A DNA stretch of 64,000 bases from Octopus sinensis. Taxonomy: Eukaryota. Position numbers and translations under genes: made by a program. A model generated the notes under the pieces. It saw only the letters and a program-made list of their open reading frames with translations, was not told the DNA's origin and made no database searches. Below, in pieces: positions 25,062-38,292 of this stretch; the stretch's first letter is position 1; every line of letters starts with the position of its first letter. The stretch is taken from NCBI RefSeq assembly GCF_006345805.1, contig NC_042999.1, positions 125,922,001-125,986,000 on the forward strand, given 5' to 3'.

Positions 25062-25185
25062 CGTTGAGATTTTCGCGGATGCATAGTAAAGGTGGTTGAG
25101 ATCTGTAATATCAGCATCATTAGCTGAAATTATATCCTTAAGTGCAAGACGGATTTTATCAATTACTTTCAGCCATTCAATCATG
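23290..25185 (-). mobile_element. Degraded R4/Dong-clade (RLE-type) non-LTR retrotransposon, RT region
   Basis: Fragments in several frames: WKSLVKDKIPNFWLK, QKGCKRGFYGCKDQL, AWIDYKKSF, SLSPLLFCLAL, NHLIYMDDLKLFA, RKEGGRG. There are many stops and frameshifts, and (TAA)n lies near 25010 and 23212. Confidence 0.8.
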
Positions 25186-25230
25186 TATGTGTATACCTTA
25201 TATATGCATGTGTGTCTATCTGTATGCATG

Positions 25231-25282
<52 letters not shown>

Positions 25283-25300
25283 TCTCTCTGTATATGTATA

Positions 25301-25366
<66 letters not shown>

Positions 25367-25399
25367 GTAGCAGTGAGAGATAAAAATATCTTTTTTCAT

Positions 25400-25860
25400 G
25401 TTTACAGCTGTTTCGTAGTCTGTAATCAGTTACATCATTTTCTGCAGATTACGAGGGATGATATTTTTTTTGTATGTCCGCAATATTACCGGGGCCAAAA
25501 AAATGTTCATTATGCTCTCTTGAAAAACGGTATCTCTTAAGATCTTTGAGAACCTCCAACGATTACATAAATTCGAGGAATGGGATTTTTTTCGGTAATG
25601 TCCTCATTTCAAGAAATACATCTTGCCGGAATTTAAAACCAGGCCACCGACACTTATTAAACCATTAACATCTTGTTTACGTCTGCTTGACATCAGTTAT
25701 GGCAACGTTGGCTATCTCTATTGTGTTTTTCTTCTTGTCTTCTTTACCAGCGTCACTTGTTTAAGCGTTATCTGTTCAAAAGACAACTGACAAACGGTCT
25801 TATTTTCAGCTTGATTAATGGTTTCGACTAGGAAACCCCGGGAGCTGTATTTACAAGATT
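25400..25860 (+). mobile_element. Penelope-like element 3' fragment (GIY-YIG endonuclease C-terminus plus pseudo-LTR)
   Basis: ORF 25474..25668 PGPKKCSLCSLEKRYLL...YINSRNGIF matches the CxLCxxEK...NxRxE C-terminal signature of Penelope-type ORFs, followed by a frameshift. Confidence 0.6.
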
Positions 25861-25871
25861 TGTTTTATTTT

Positions 25872-26001
25872 ACAGTTCTAAATTTAAGAGCTGAAGAATT
25901 ATGTACATTATTTACATTATTTACATTCGGCGGATATTTGTTCTCATCTTGTTTGTTGTCAACACAACGTTTCGGCTGATATACCCTCCAGCCTTCTTCA
26001 G
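25872..26001 (-). mobile_element. Inverted copy of the hammerhead-bearing tail of the adjacent SINE-like element (family C ribozyme)
   Basis: 25961-26001(-) reads CTGAAGA-A-GGCTG GAGGGTATAT CAGCC-GAAAC-GTT-GTGTT. It shows about 6 differences over about 95 nt versus 26249-26342(+). Confidence 0.7.
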
Positions 26002-26006
26002 CCCAC

Positions 26007-26084
26007 GGGCATATGGCGTAGTGGTTAAGAGCGCGGGCTACTAACCCCAAGATTCCGAGTTCGATTCCAAGCAGTGACCTGAAC

Positions 26085-26131
<47 letters not shown>

Positions 26132-26133
26132 TA

Positions 26134-26191
<58 letters not shown>

Positions 26192-26345
26192 CAACATCGA
26201 AGAATACCTTAGGAATGAGAACCCAGGTTCGAAATTTCCCCAAGACACCTGAAGAAGGCTGGAGAGTATATCAGCCGAAACGTTGTGTTGACAACAAACA
26301 AGAAGAGGACAAATATCGTCGAACGTAAATAATGTAAATAATTGT
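26007..26345 (+). mobile_element. tRNA-headed SINE-like element with (TAA)n middle and hammerhead-bearing tail
   Basis: A box TGGCGTAGTGG at 26014-26024, B box GAGTTCGATTCC at 26057-26068, (TAA)n at about 26086-26190, and hammerhead at 26244-26289. Confidence 0.7.
26244..26289 (+). ncRNA. Minimal type I hammerhead ribozyme motif, intact core
   Basis: GACAC-CTGAAGA-A-GGCTG(10 nt)CAGCC-GAAAC-GTT-GTGTT. Stem I has 5 bp, stem II has 5 bp, and stem III is palindromic ACGT. Predicted cleavage is after 26284. Confidence 0.75.
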
Positions 26346-26361
26346 TGTTTTTTATTATTAG

Positions 26362-26479
<118 letters not shown>

Positions 26480-27402
26480 AGCACACTCATGCAAACAATG
26501 AGGGGAGAACAGTACTTGAATACCAATGGTAGAATAAAGTATTTTATTGAAGCTGAAGAAATTTCACATAATCGTTCGTCAATGTACATACATATATATT
26601 ACGCAACACGAAGAGTTTAACTGACAATTTTTTTTCCAAATGAAGATGAACTATATTCCTACTGTACAGCATTCCTGTTTCAACTTCAATAAGAAATGCA
26701 GAAACCATTCTTAGTTTTCCTGATCATCAACAGAACTCTTGACAACACACTTGTCTGCATGTTTGCCATTCGTTCCTGAAAATAAAACAAAACAAACGAG
26801 CAGCAAAGAAAAAAAGAAAAAGCAGCCTAAACTTTTGTCAAGATAAAAACTATTGTCGTCAAGCACCCATTCGGTCTTTGTTGTGGAGGTAAAAATCACT
26901 GCTGGCATGACCATCTCATCTCTTCTGTTATTATTTTTTTCTGATATAGCTTATATAGAATTTCGATACTTTATTTTTTACTTGTTTCAGTCGCTGGACT
27001 GCAACCATGTTGGTGTACAAACCTTGAAAGGTCTAGTCGAAGAAATCGACCCCAGTACTTATTTTTTAAAGTTTGATTCTTATTCCATCGTAATCTTTTG
27101 TCGAACCGCTAAGTTACGGGAACGCAGAAGCGTAAACAAATATAACGAGCTCACTGCCTGTTCTGGCACTGTTATTGTATATATTGCTGACAGGGAGATG
27201 TATCGCTGCAATCTCTAGCGGTCGAACGTCCAAAGGAAGGTCGAAATCACGTGATATGGAGGTCCAGGTGCTGTGGTGGGGGAATTTATCTTCCCGCTAG
27301 CGATATAAACAAGTGCATTTTGCACAAAAAGTCAATATGAGAGTTTCTCTCATGGTAACTACCACAGTATAGTTTGTTCTATCACAACATCCACATTTAA
27401 GT

Positions 27403-27453
<51 letters not shown>

Positions 27454-27468
27454 ATATTATATATATAT

Positions 27469-28119
27469 ACTAGCAGTATCGCCCGGCGTTGCTCGGGTTT
27501 GTAAGGGAAATAACTATATAAGCATTTTTAGAGAGTTATAGCAAAAAAATGCATTAAAAATGGAATAAAAAATGATGGTAATTTTTTTTTTAATCGTTGA
27601 CTCATCGTAGACATTTTTAGAGAGTTACTTCCCTTATATAATAGCGAAAAAATGCATTAAAATGGAAAAAAATGATGGTAAATTTTTTTTTAAATCGTAG
27701 ACTCATCGTAGACGCTTTCTTAGCCATTTCTGTTTTGGTGTCTTCAAGCCATGAAGTCGTTGTTCTAAAAGAACGCTGGTCTCCTTGACAATGCTTTACG
27801 ACGTTGATTTCCTTACACTCCCTTCCCCACAGCTTCACGAGGGAGGGAAGAAGGGGGAGAAGCACACACAGGTGCAGGTGTGACCGTGGACGCCAACTCC
27901 GCCGCCATCGACACACGAAAAATTATGCATTAAAATGGAATAAAAAATGATGTTAAATTATTTTAAAAATCGTAGACTCATCGTAGACGCGAGCTAATAG
28001 CCAGACGGGCTCGATATGAATCACGACTATAAGATACCCGAATTTGGTTAAACTGCACCGCAAAATGTGGGAGTAGTTAGGAATCTAAATCGAAGGGGAC
28101 GGACACTCACACAACTACA

Positions 28120-28125
<6 letters not shown>
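27469..28125 (+). mobile_element. Non-autonomous Helitron/Helentron-like (HINE-type) element inserted in (TA)n
   Basis: Starts ACTAGCAGTATCGCCCGGCGTTGCTCGGG, a short subterminal palindrome. Carries three internal copies of ...ATGCATTAAAATGG...GACTCATCGTAGAC. Ends ...CAACTACAGTTTTATATA. The class assignment is by recalled similarity. Confidence 0.5.
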
Positions 28126-28212
<87 letters not shown>

Positions 28213-28848
28213 CATGATTAGCTTCCACACAGTTTCTGTTTACCAATCCACTAACAAGGTATTAATCAACCCGGGTCTACAGTAGAAAACACTTGTCAAA
28301 AGTGCCGTGCATTGGTGCTGAAATCAAAACCTTGTGGCTGCAAAACTTACTTCTTGTCGTTTGAGGGAGATTTGACTGCTGTTTCTAGCTGCTTAAAAGA
28401 CCACATAAAGGCTGCTTTGTTGGTTCATAATGATAATAGTTTTAATGATGTGTGTCCTATTAGGTTTACTTTAACACTTCGCAAGTTATTTATCTTTTAC
28501 TTTTATATGTTTTATTATTTTTTTAATTTTATATTTTTTACTTTTATTTTTTTCATTTCAGCGTCGTCGCACTTGTATTTCTTACCTTTATTTCAGATAC
28601 AAAGGTTTGCCATATCATATCTTCCCTGAGATATTCCTTTGTTTCGTTCAGATGTTTTGCAATGTTTGTTGCGGTTGCTTTTAGTTGTTCATGTTGTCGT
28701 TGTTGCTCGTGTATACGTATACATATATGTCAATGTATGTGTGTGTGTGACTGTGTGTGTACATGTACATACATAAATGTATGTATGGAATATATATATA
28801 TACGTAAATATGTGAATATATGTGTGTGAGTGTATATGTGGGTGTATT

Positions 28849-28887
<39 letters not shown>

Positions 28888-28901
28888 GCATATATATATA
28901 T

Positions 28902-28960
<59 letters not shown>

Positions 28961-29805
28961 ATATATATATATATATATAATAATATATATACGTGTGTAT
29001 ATAAGTGTATGCGTGATTGTAGACGTTTGCGTTTCAGCGCAAATGGTTGTTTGTTTGTTTGTTAGCCCTGAACCAAACATGTAAACTCCGTAGACGTAAG
29101 ACCATTGTGATTGCCGGTATATAGAGTTACCAGTCGAAGTCAAATCTACTTATCTTTTAAAACTTGTCTTTATCTGAAGAATTAGTCGATGTTTAGAGGC
29201 GATACTCTGATTGAAGTAGGAGAAAAATACGTCTCATGCGTGACTGTTTATACCTAAATTAGATATGCGATACCTCATTTCTACATTTGTGTTGTTGAGT
29301 TCAGTTAGTCTCCATCACAACAACGCAATACATTATTTATTTGTTTATACATTTGTTTATATATTTATTTATACATTTGTTCACATGATTATGTGTAGTA
29401 CAAACTAGTATTACTTGGAATGAAACGATGCGTCACAGGTATTATTGTTGTTGTCGTTGTAGTTGTTGTTTTGTCCCGGATAAATGACAATAGAACAGAC
29501 CTTATAATCAGAGGGTATTGCCATCTCTTCATAAAGCGTCTTTTTTATTAATTCTACTACATAATTGCGAATGTATGTTGTTTTGTATGTGTGTTTAGTT
29601 CAAAAAGATTTCAAAACGGTGCATCTGTGAGAAAAACGAATTTGATTTTCGAAATCTGCGTCCCAAAGACAATGTTGCCCGTAAATAATAACGAAAAAAT
29701 ATAATTTGCTACGAGAAATAACTCAACTTTTAGATCCACAACTCTCTTACTCTCTATCTGTCACCTCAATCTAGTACTCTCTATCATCACATGAATTTAT
29801 CTCCC

Positions 29806-29891
<86 letters not shown>

Positions 29892-29909
29892 CGGGAAGCT
29901 TTATGAAAA

Positions 29910-30082
29910 TAGACAAAAGACGAAGGCAGGTAGAATACAAACAAACAATTGGCGTCAGGAATATAAATAAAACAAGTTTTTTACGTTTCGAGCCTACGCT
30001 CTTCAACAGAAAGATACACAGAAAAGAAACACAGAAAGAAACAAGGAGAGAAAAAAAATGCGTGCAGAGGCTAGCGAATCAA
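29910..30082 (-). mobile_element. Short hammerhead-bearing Penelope-like repeat, family B
   Basis: 29978-30013(-) reads CTTT-CTGTTGA-A-GAGC GTAG GCTC-GAAAC-GTA-AAAA. Confidence 0.55.
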
Positions 30083-30366
30083 CATATATATAATGAATAA
30101 CTATTGAAATTCTGAGCGTGCACTCGTAAAAAGAAAATTAAAGAAGGGCTCCCGCGCTGTTGATCAGGCACTCGTGGCTTTTGCTGGGTTTTCCATGAGG
30201 ACCTTAAAGCGTCTCCCCTATTGGGAGTTTTAATTTGTTTAATTTTTATTGTTAAGCTTTGTTTAGACGCGGAAAACCCATTGTATCGTCCCGTTTTTGT
30301 CTTTTATGTTGTTGCATGTCCTTTAATGTTATTTTATGTGAGCCCTTGAGGCTAATAAAAGTATGA

Positions 30367-30408
<42 letters not shown>

Positions 30409-30859
30409 AATAATAATAATAATATCAACGGCAAATCTAAATAATTGATAACAACAACAATAACATTAGGGACAGCAAGCGATATTAACATTAAATAGCT
30501 ATACAATAAATTCTTAATTATATTAGAAGGTACACGAAGCACCGATGTACACATACATTCAAGAATTTGGTCGGCCCCAGGCTCTTGTAGATGACACTTA
30601 TCCAAGGTGTCACGCATTGCGACTGAAATTTGAATTCAGAACGTAAAGACGGATGAAATGCTGCTAAGTATTTTGTTGGGTTTGCAAACGATTCTGCCAG
30701 CTCGCCACCAGATTGTAGGTATCTTAGTAATATACTCATTAAATAAACGTTCACTCAGTATACACATACACACGCGCGCGCACACACACATATACATACA
30801 TGCATACATACATCTGTGTGTGTATATTTGTGTGTATGTTATATATATATGTCTTTAAC

Positions 30860-31047
30860 TCTTCTACTTGTTTCAGTCATGTGACTGTGGCCTTGCTGGA
30901 GCACCGCCTTTAGTCGAGCAAATCGGCCTCAGGACTTATTCTTTGTAAGCCTAGTACTTATTCTATCGGTCTTTTTGCATGGATGTAAACACAACAGCAT
31001 CGGTTGTCAAGCGATGTTGGGGGACAAACACATACACACAAACGCAT

Positions 31048-31080
<33 letters not shown>

Positions 31081-31240
31081 CATGTATACGACGGGCTTCT
31101 TTCAGTTTCCGCCCGCCAAATCCACTCACAAGGCTGTGGTCGGCCCGAGGCTATAGTAGAAGATACTTACCTAAGGTGCCAAGCAGTGGGACTGAACCCG
31201 GAGCCATGTGGTTGGTAAGCAAGCTACTTACCACACAGTC
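30860..31240 (-). mobile_element. SINE family A, full length
   Basis: 3' hairpin CAGTC-ATGT-GACTG and head AGTGGGACTGAACCC...CTTACCACACAG. Confidence 0.8.
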
Positions 31241-31476
31241 AATCCTGTGTGTATATTATATATATATATAATTGCATTCATTCATGGACGGAAAACGTAC
31301 AGTACTAAGAGTATTTGTTTGTCATTTAGTCTGGGCAATCAGTATGTAAATACTCCCACAGATACAAAATGGCGATTTCAATCTAAACGCTTTGACATAT
31401 TACATTCCTGCGAAATACATTCCAACAAGGATGAATAGAAGTTACCATTTTAACATTTCTCGCTAATAGAAATCTT

Positions 31477-31547
31477 ACCGCCGCCGCCCCGCCGCCACCG
31501 CCGCCGCCGCCGCCACCGCCGCCGCCACCGCCGCCGCCGCCGCCGCC

Positions 31548-31604
<57 letters not shown>

Positions 31605-31681
31605 GCCGCCGCGCCGCCGCCGCCGCCGCCGCCAGCCACCGCCGCCGCCGCCACCGCCGCCCGCGCACCGCCGCCACCGCC

Positions 31682-31712
<31 letters not shown>

Positions 31713-31800
31713 CCGCCCCCCGCCACCGCCCCCGCCGCCCCACCGCCAACCGCACTACCGCCACCGCCACCACCATCACCACCACCAATAACAACAACAG
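31477..31800. repeat. Long imperfect (CCG)n tract grading into (CCA)n and (AAC)n
   Basis: Directly visible; it is the only strongly GC-rich stretch in the window. Confidence 0.9.
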
Positions 31801-31988
31801 TGTAGTAATGGCAACAACAACAAAACTTAATACTACGGACAAAACGAAAGACCACACCAATAAATACTGACAAATTTTCTGGAATCTTTCCGTCGCTCAG
31901 TGATGTCGCAGGAAATACTATTATACACCTCTTAATTACCCTCGGTTAGATCAAAGGAATGTTTTCTTTTTCTTCTTCTTCTTCTTAG

Positions 31989-32093
31989 TTCTATCTTGCA
32001 AGACATTGGTCCAACCTTTGTCGACTGCTATTTACAAAAGGACAACGTCTCATACATCAATCATAAATATATTCTGTTGAATTTAGAATTTTC
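31989..32093 (+). CDS. Candidate internal exon of an unidentified gene (xSILQDIGPTFVDCYLQKDNVSYINHKYILLNLEFx)
   Basis: Long polypyrimidine tract TTTTCTTTTTCTTCTTCTTCTTCTTAG and donor TTC|GTAAGT. The 105-nt exon is open in phase 2 to 2, compatible with 20952-21039. No homolog recognised. Confidence 0.35.
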
Positions 32094-32319
32094 GTAAGTT
32101 CTCTATCAAAACATTTATTAATTGCATCAGAAAAAAATCTAACCCATATAAGCATTCAATTACTATGAAACCGAAGAATATATATCAACTGTCTGTTCCC
32201 ACTATGGACCCATTTGAGTCCTCTTTTGCTCGGATGGACCCCCCCTAGCCATTCGATGTATAAAAAGATCATGTTATATTTTTTTATAATTAAATATTAT
32301 TAGAAATCTTTATTTTTTT

Positions 32320-32727
32320 TTTACTTGTTTCAGACATTAGACTGCGGCCATGTTGGGGCACTGCCTCGAAGAAATTTTAGTCGAATGAATCGACCCCCAG
32401 TACTTGTTTTGCTTTTAAAGCCTAGTACTTATTCTATCGGTTCTCTTTTGCCGAACCGCTAAGTTACGGGGGCGTAAACACACCAACACCGGTTGTGAAG
32501 CGGTGGTGGGGGACAAACACAGACAGACACGTGCGCGCACACACACACGCACACACACACGCACACACACACACACTCGACGAGCTTCTTTCAGTTTCCG
32601 TCAACCAAATCCACTCACAAGGCTTTGGTCGGGTCGAGGCTATAGTAGAAGAGCCTTGCCCAAAGTACCACACAGTGGGACTGAACCCGGAACAATGTGG
32701 TTGGGAAGTAAGCTTCTTACCACACAC
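32320..32727 (-). mobile_element. SINE family A, full length
   Basis: Same tail, central (CA)n and head as the other copies. Confidence 0.8.
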
Positions 32728-34076
32728 AAAAAATTGTTAAAATATTTTATTGTAGAAGCATCACTGATTTATTGCAGATAAATTTTAACAAAATCTTATA
32801 TGGTGCCCTAAGGGCCATATGGACTCTCAATGGCCATATACACCTCGTTTGAGAAGCACTGCCCTAAACTGCCACCACTTCCAGCCAATTTCTTTAAAAT
32901 GTTCACTTCTATGTAATTGTTTTCCTGTTACTGTTGATGGTGCTATTTCCAATTTTCCCTCATTTAACTATAGACATCCTGAATGCCATTTTCCATTCTC
33001 CCCTTTCACATATCCTATTCGGTCACCTACATTAGCTCACTGACGAAACCCCATTAATAGATATATATTGTCTACGATTTCAACCGCACGTGAAGGTGAT
33101 CAATGACATGCTAAATTCCAAGACAACATGTGTACAGATGGAGAAAACATTTAACGTTTATTTACCCAAAATGCAAACTTTCAGAGCAATTCTAGGCTTA
33201 CAGAAGCTATGTGCTACACAAACTACATTTCTGAGGAATTATTCTCAACCATAAACTAAAAATTAAAGCGTAATTAAATAAGATTCTAATTACTGATGTT
33301 TAACAATTATATTTATATTGTTGGGGGACTCATTCCATCAGACTTCACAAAATACTATAAAATATATACATCAAGGTTATACTTTGTTTTTGTGTTTGGT
33401 TTGCAAGATTCTTTATGAGAATTCGTGTGTTGAAGAAAAATATTGGCGTAATGACTCTTCCTAGACACAACAAAATGTCAAAGTTATAACTATTTTGTTT
33501 GCATATGCTTTTACCAACTCTTACCCATTAGATGCACATTACTGTACGTCTACATGGCGATTCTCTTATCAATACCTCATGCAATTACACTGAAGACTAA
33601 TAGTTAGCTAAAAAGGTCTAATAAAGCCTGAAACATACCCGGCGTTGTCTCCGGTATGTAACAAAACAATTCAAGCAAAATATCTCATTGAGTTAATTGC
33701 TGTCTTTTATTTACTTCATAAGTATTTTTAAATAAGCTTTTCAATGATGGTAACGATGACGACGACGACGATGATGACAACGATGATGATGCTGATGGTG
33801 AAGACCAGCGCCATCACTAGCACCATTAGCACCACGAGAACCACGAGCACCACCATCATTATTACCATTACCGTTCACATCATCATCATTATCGTCGTCG
33901 CAATCATCATCATCATGTATACACACGTTTATTCAGTAAGAAGAGTATACCATAATATTTGTTTTATAACGACATAATTTTAAACAGTAAAATAAAAGCC
34001 GCAAATATCTAACTATTGATACATGCTACAAAGGAAATATATTTGATCTTGAATTGCAGAAAGTTCTGTTTCAACG

Positions 34077-34192
<116 letters not shown>

Positions 34193-34293
34193 GTCTGTCT
34201 ATAGATATATGTATATACGGACGGATATATATATATATGTGAATATGTGCATGTGTGTGTGTTCATATATATATATATATATATATGTATGAA

Positions 34294-34327
<34 letters not shown>

Positions 34328-34982
34328 AATATATATATATATCCGTACGTACATACATATATCTATGTATTGATATGTATGTTCTCACACATATACATAT
34401 ACAAACGCAAAGACATACACATGCATGTACACATAGTCATTCACATACACACATATATAGACTTATACAAACGTATTTCCATATACACCCCCCCCAAAAA
34501 AAAACAGAAACAGACAAAAAAAAACAACAAAAAAAAGAAAAACCATAGGAAAATATCGAATTCTGACCGCTCTAGGTTGGTCTATTACTCCAAACACATC
34601 ATCTCATAATTAGCCTTGATTCGGCTGGGATCAGTTGTTTCACATTGAGGTGCGAAATATCGGAGACATGACATTTTGAAAACCTTAGTGCGGATCGCTT
34701 GCTCAGAAAGCTTCCCCACCAGTTCAAAAGGATTGGATTCTGTTAGTGATAAAGATGTCGTGTCCACTGGCGGAGCGGTGTCATGTATATATATATATAT
34801 ATGAAGTATCTTGTTTAGGTGAGAGAGGTATTTTATTGATGGAAACAAAGGTAAGCTCAGCATCGTAAAAAATCATAATTCTGTGCTAAAGCGACAATGG
34901 ATGGAAATCTTATCGCTAGTGATAGTAGGGTCAGAGACATTATATCCTAGATTATGCGCATGCGCGTCTGTGCGTATACATG

Positions 34983-35030
<48 letters not shown>

Positions 35031-35207
35031 TGTGTATGTGTATATATATATATATATATACTTATACGCACACACATACATGTGTGTATGTCAAATCAAT
35101 GACTTGTATAATGTTTATGATTACATACACACGTAGATATATTAAACACAAATATGAACGTATAAACATACACACGTACATGCATACATTCAAACACCAA
35201 ATACACA

Positions 35208-35239
<32 letters not shown>

Positions 35240-35276
35240 ACTCTGTGTGTATATATATAAATATGTATGTGTGTAT

Positions 35277-35375
35277 GAGCGTAGGCTTGAAACGTTAAAG
35301 ACTTTTTCAATTCCCGAGCGTTATACTAATACATCTGTTTGTTTTCTACACCACCTGTCTTCGTCTTTTGATTTT
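35277..35375 (+). mobile_element. Family B hammerhead-bearing repeat, 5'-truncated inside stem II
   Basis: GAGCGTAGGCTTGAAACGTTAAAGACTTTTTCA...CACCACCTGTCTTCGTC is the reverse complement of 14405-14497. Confidence 0.6.
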
Positions 35376-35387
35376 TTTATGAATTCT

Positions 35388-35430
<43 letters not shown>

Positions 35431-35565
35431 GATATGTAGAAAATTACAAACTGAGACAAGAACGCATAAGAACTTAGAAGACGATACAACAAACACAGAC
35501 AGGACATTCGAAGCCCTCAGTCTTCAGTCAAGAACCGGATCATCGTAGTAATTTCGGCTGATTAA

Positions 35566-35602
<37 letters not shown>

Positions 35603-36718
35603 TATCTATGTGTCCCATGCTACACAGATAAGAATTACACATTTTAAACACAAGTGTAAACACACAAATAAACAAACACATACACACATCTGTGTGTGCG
35701 TGGGCAGAGAGAGACAAAGGGAAGTCGGCAGAGAGAGAATGAGTGTGAGGTAGAGGTAGGGAAAGAAAAACATTGGGGAGAGAGTGCGAAACAATGTATT
35801 CTCTTGTATGGTAAAAAAAATAATAGATCATTGAATTCAGCTCTATAATTCGTAAAATAAAGTTGAAACAGAGGCATAAAACGGACTGTTTTGTTTATGC
35901 TATCATCAAACGAAAATATGCGTGTGTGCCTTTATATTGCCTGTGTTTTTCACCACTTGTGTTTCAGTTAATTTTTAACTATATATTTCATATAATGGCA
36001 TAAAATAGTAACTTGTGTAACCAGTGTCAGTATAAATGATGATGGTTTCAGTAATTAAAGGGAAGAGCGGCGAATCTGCTCAATGAAATTGAAATATTAA
36101 ATTATTTTCTTAGTTTTGAATTATTTACTATATAATGCAATATATTGTATGCATGCATGAAAGTAATGTGTGTATGTATGTATGTATGTATGTATGTATG
36201 TATGTATGTATGTATGTATGTATGTATGATGTATGTATGTATGTATGTATGTATGTATGTATGTATGTATGTATGTATGTATGTATGTATGTATGTATGT
36301 ATGTATGTATGTATGTATGTATGTATGTATGTATGTTTGTATGTATGTATGTATGTTTGAGTGCTAGATAGATTGCGTTGTGATAATCGCGGCAGCTCTG
36401 CATTCTGTGTTCAAATTCCGCCATAAAGAACATTCACTTATTCATATTACTAACATATAAAATAAGGCTTTCGCTTGATAAGTTATACAGCATTACTTAA
36501 CATAAGAGTATTGGAAGAAAACCTACTGATCAAAAAGAAGCAATGCAATTGTAACACTCTATGCTTATACTTCCTAGAGATCCCTGCCAGAAAAGGAATT
36601 TCACAAATATAATTTTATGCGACTTTGTCCTAAAGAACGTTTGAGGCCACAGTAGCATAAGGAACTACAAAGAAGGAAAAATAAAAGAGCCCACAAATTC
36701 AAAGGAAGAAGGTTGACG

Positions 36719-37295
36719 GAAGGCGGCGAGCTGACAGAAACGTTAGCACTCTGGGCGAAATGCTTAGCGGTATTTCGTCTGCCGTTACGTTGTGAGTTCA
36801 AATTCCGCCGAGGCCGACTTTACCTTTCATCCTTTCGGGGTCGATAAATTAAGTACCAGTTACGCACTGGGGTCGATGTAATCGACTTAATACCTATGTC
36901 TGCTCTTGTTTGTACCTTCTATGTTTAGCCCCTTGTGGATAATAAAGAAATAGGTATTTCGTCTGCCGCTACGTTCTGAGTTCGAATTCCGCCGAGGTCG
37001 ACTTTGTCTTTCATCCTTTCGGGGTCGATAAATTAAGTACCATTTACGAACTGGGGTCGATGTAATCGACTTAATCCGTTTGTCTGTCCTTGTTTGTCCC
37101 CTCTGTGTGGGTAGTAAAAAATTGGCATTTCGTCTGCTGTTACGTTCTGAGTTCAATTTCGCCGAAGTCAACTTTGCCTTTCATCCTTTCGGAGTCGATA
37201 AATTAAGTACCTATTATACACTGGGGCCGATATAATCGACTTAATCCCTTTGTCTGTTCTTGTTTGTCCCCTCTATGTTTAGCCCCTTGTGGGCA
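36719..37295 (+). mobile_element. SINE family B long-tail subfamily, head-to-tail trimer
   Basis: Units restart internally at about 36953 and 37125, with the same junction as at 17259. Confidence 0.8.
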
Positions 37296-37764
37296 AAAAA
37301 AAAAAGAAAGCCCAAAGAACTGAATGTTATAGAGTAGAAGAAAAGAAGACAATGGTAGTAAGTTCCATAGAGCAACAGTTGGAGGAAAGAAGCTACAAGA
37401 ATTAAAGGAGCTATGCCTAATAGGAAGCTCAAGAGAGAAACGATGCGCCTGGCAAGAGAAACGAGTAACACGTATAAAGGTCTTGACAAATATCTAGACC
37501 AGAATGTTCATCAGAGCAATGCCCATGGAAATACTTATGGAAAGGACAACGAACATACATTTCGACGATGAGCCAAAGACAAGCCTAGTAGAAAGACCCA
37601 CTATATTAACAACTATATTGCCTCCCACCACCGCCGATTGACAACCGGTGTTGGTTTGTTTATATCTCTGTAACTTAGCACTCTGGTCAAAGATATCGAT
37701 AGCACAAGTATTGGGGTTATTTTCTTCGACTAACCTCTCCAAGGCGGTGCTCAAACATGGACGT

Positions 37765-37930
37765 GTATTAAGGCTACCATTGGTCTCATGTTAAGAAAAG
37801 GAATGGTGTTTGTCTCTATTTTGGATCCAAAATTGAGACGAACACCAGTCCTCCACGTGATCGGCTTGAAAAATTGTTAAGATATTAGGGATATTAGGGT
37901 ATTTTCTTAACATAAAACCAATAGTAATAT
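37765..37930. mobile_element. Short palindromic MITE-like repeat (related fragments at about 40510-40580 and 40748-40850)
   Basis: Inverted arms ATTGGTCTCATGTTAAGAAAA (37779-37799) and TTTTCTTAACATAAAACCAAT (37902-37922). Confidence 0.45.
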
Positions 37931-37974
37931 ACAAATAATAATACTTATTCTCTCTCTCTCTCTCTCTCTGTATA

Positions 37975-38078
<104 letters not shown>

Positions 38079-38292
38079 GTATATACAAGCATACATACAT
38101 ACATACATACATACATACATACATACGTACATAAATACATACATATATATGTGTATGTATTATTCTTATACAAGAATGTTGTTGACTGTGACTTCAGCCA
38201 GCTAAGCCGTCGTCGGTAATAAATTTGTACTCTACTAAAGTATAAAGTAACACATCAGATTAATGTAAAATTGTTTTTATCATATCCGACCA

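Noticed and set aside
25808-25848. Hammerhead-like remnant in the Penelope pseudo-LTR (TTGATTA...GAAACCCCGGGAG)
   Set aside because: The core and stems are too degenerate to call.
26007-26080. tRNA gene
   Set aside because: It has A and B boxes and an anticodon-like loop, but the acceptor stem does not pair properly and it runs into (TAA)n. It is treated as a SINE head.
31450-31873. Poly-Ala, poly-Gly and poly-Arg ORFs
   Set aside because: They are products of the (CCG)n tract.
35490-35530. Hammerhead-like CTGAAGA...GAATGTC on the minus strand
   Set aside because: There is no convincing stem II, and GAAA is incomplete.
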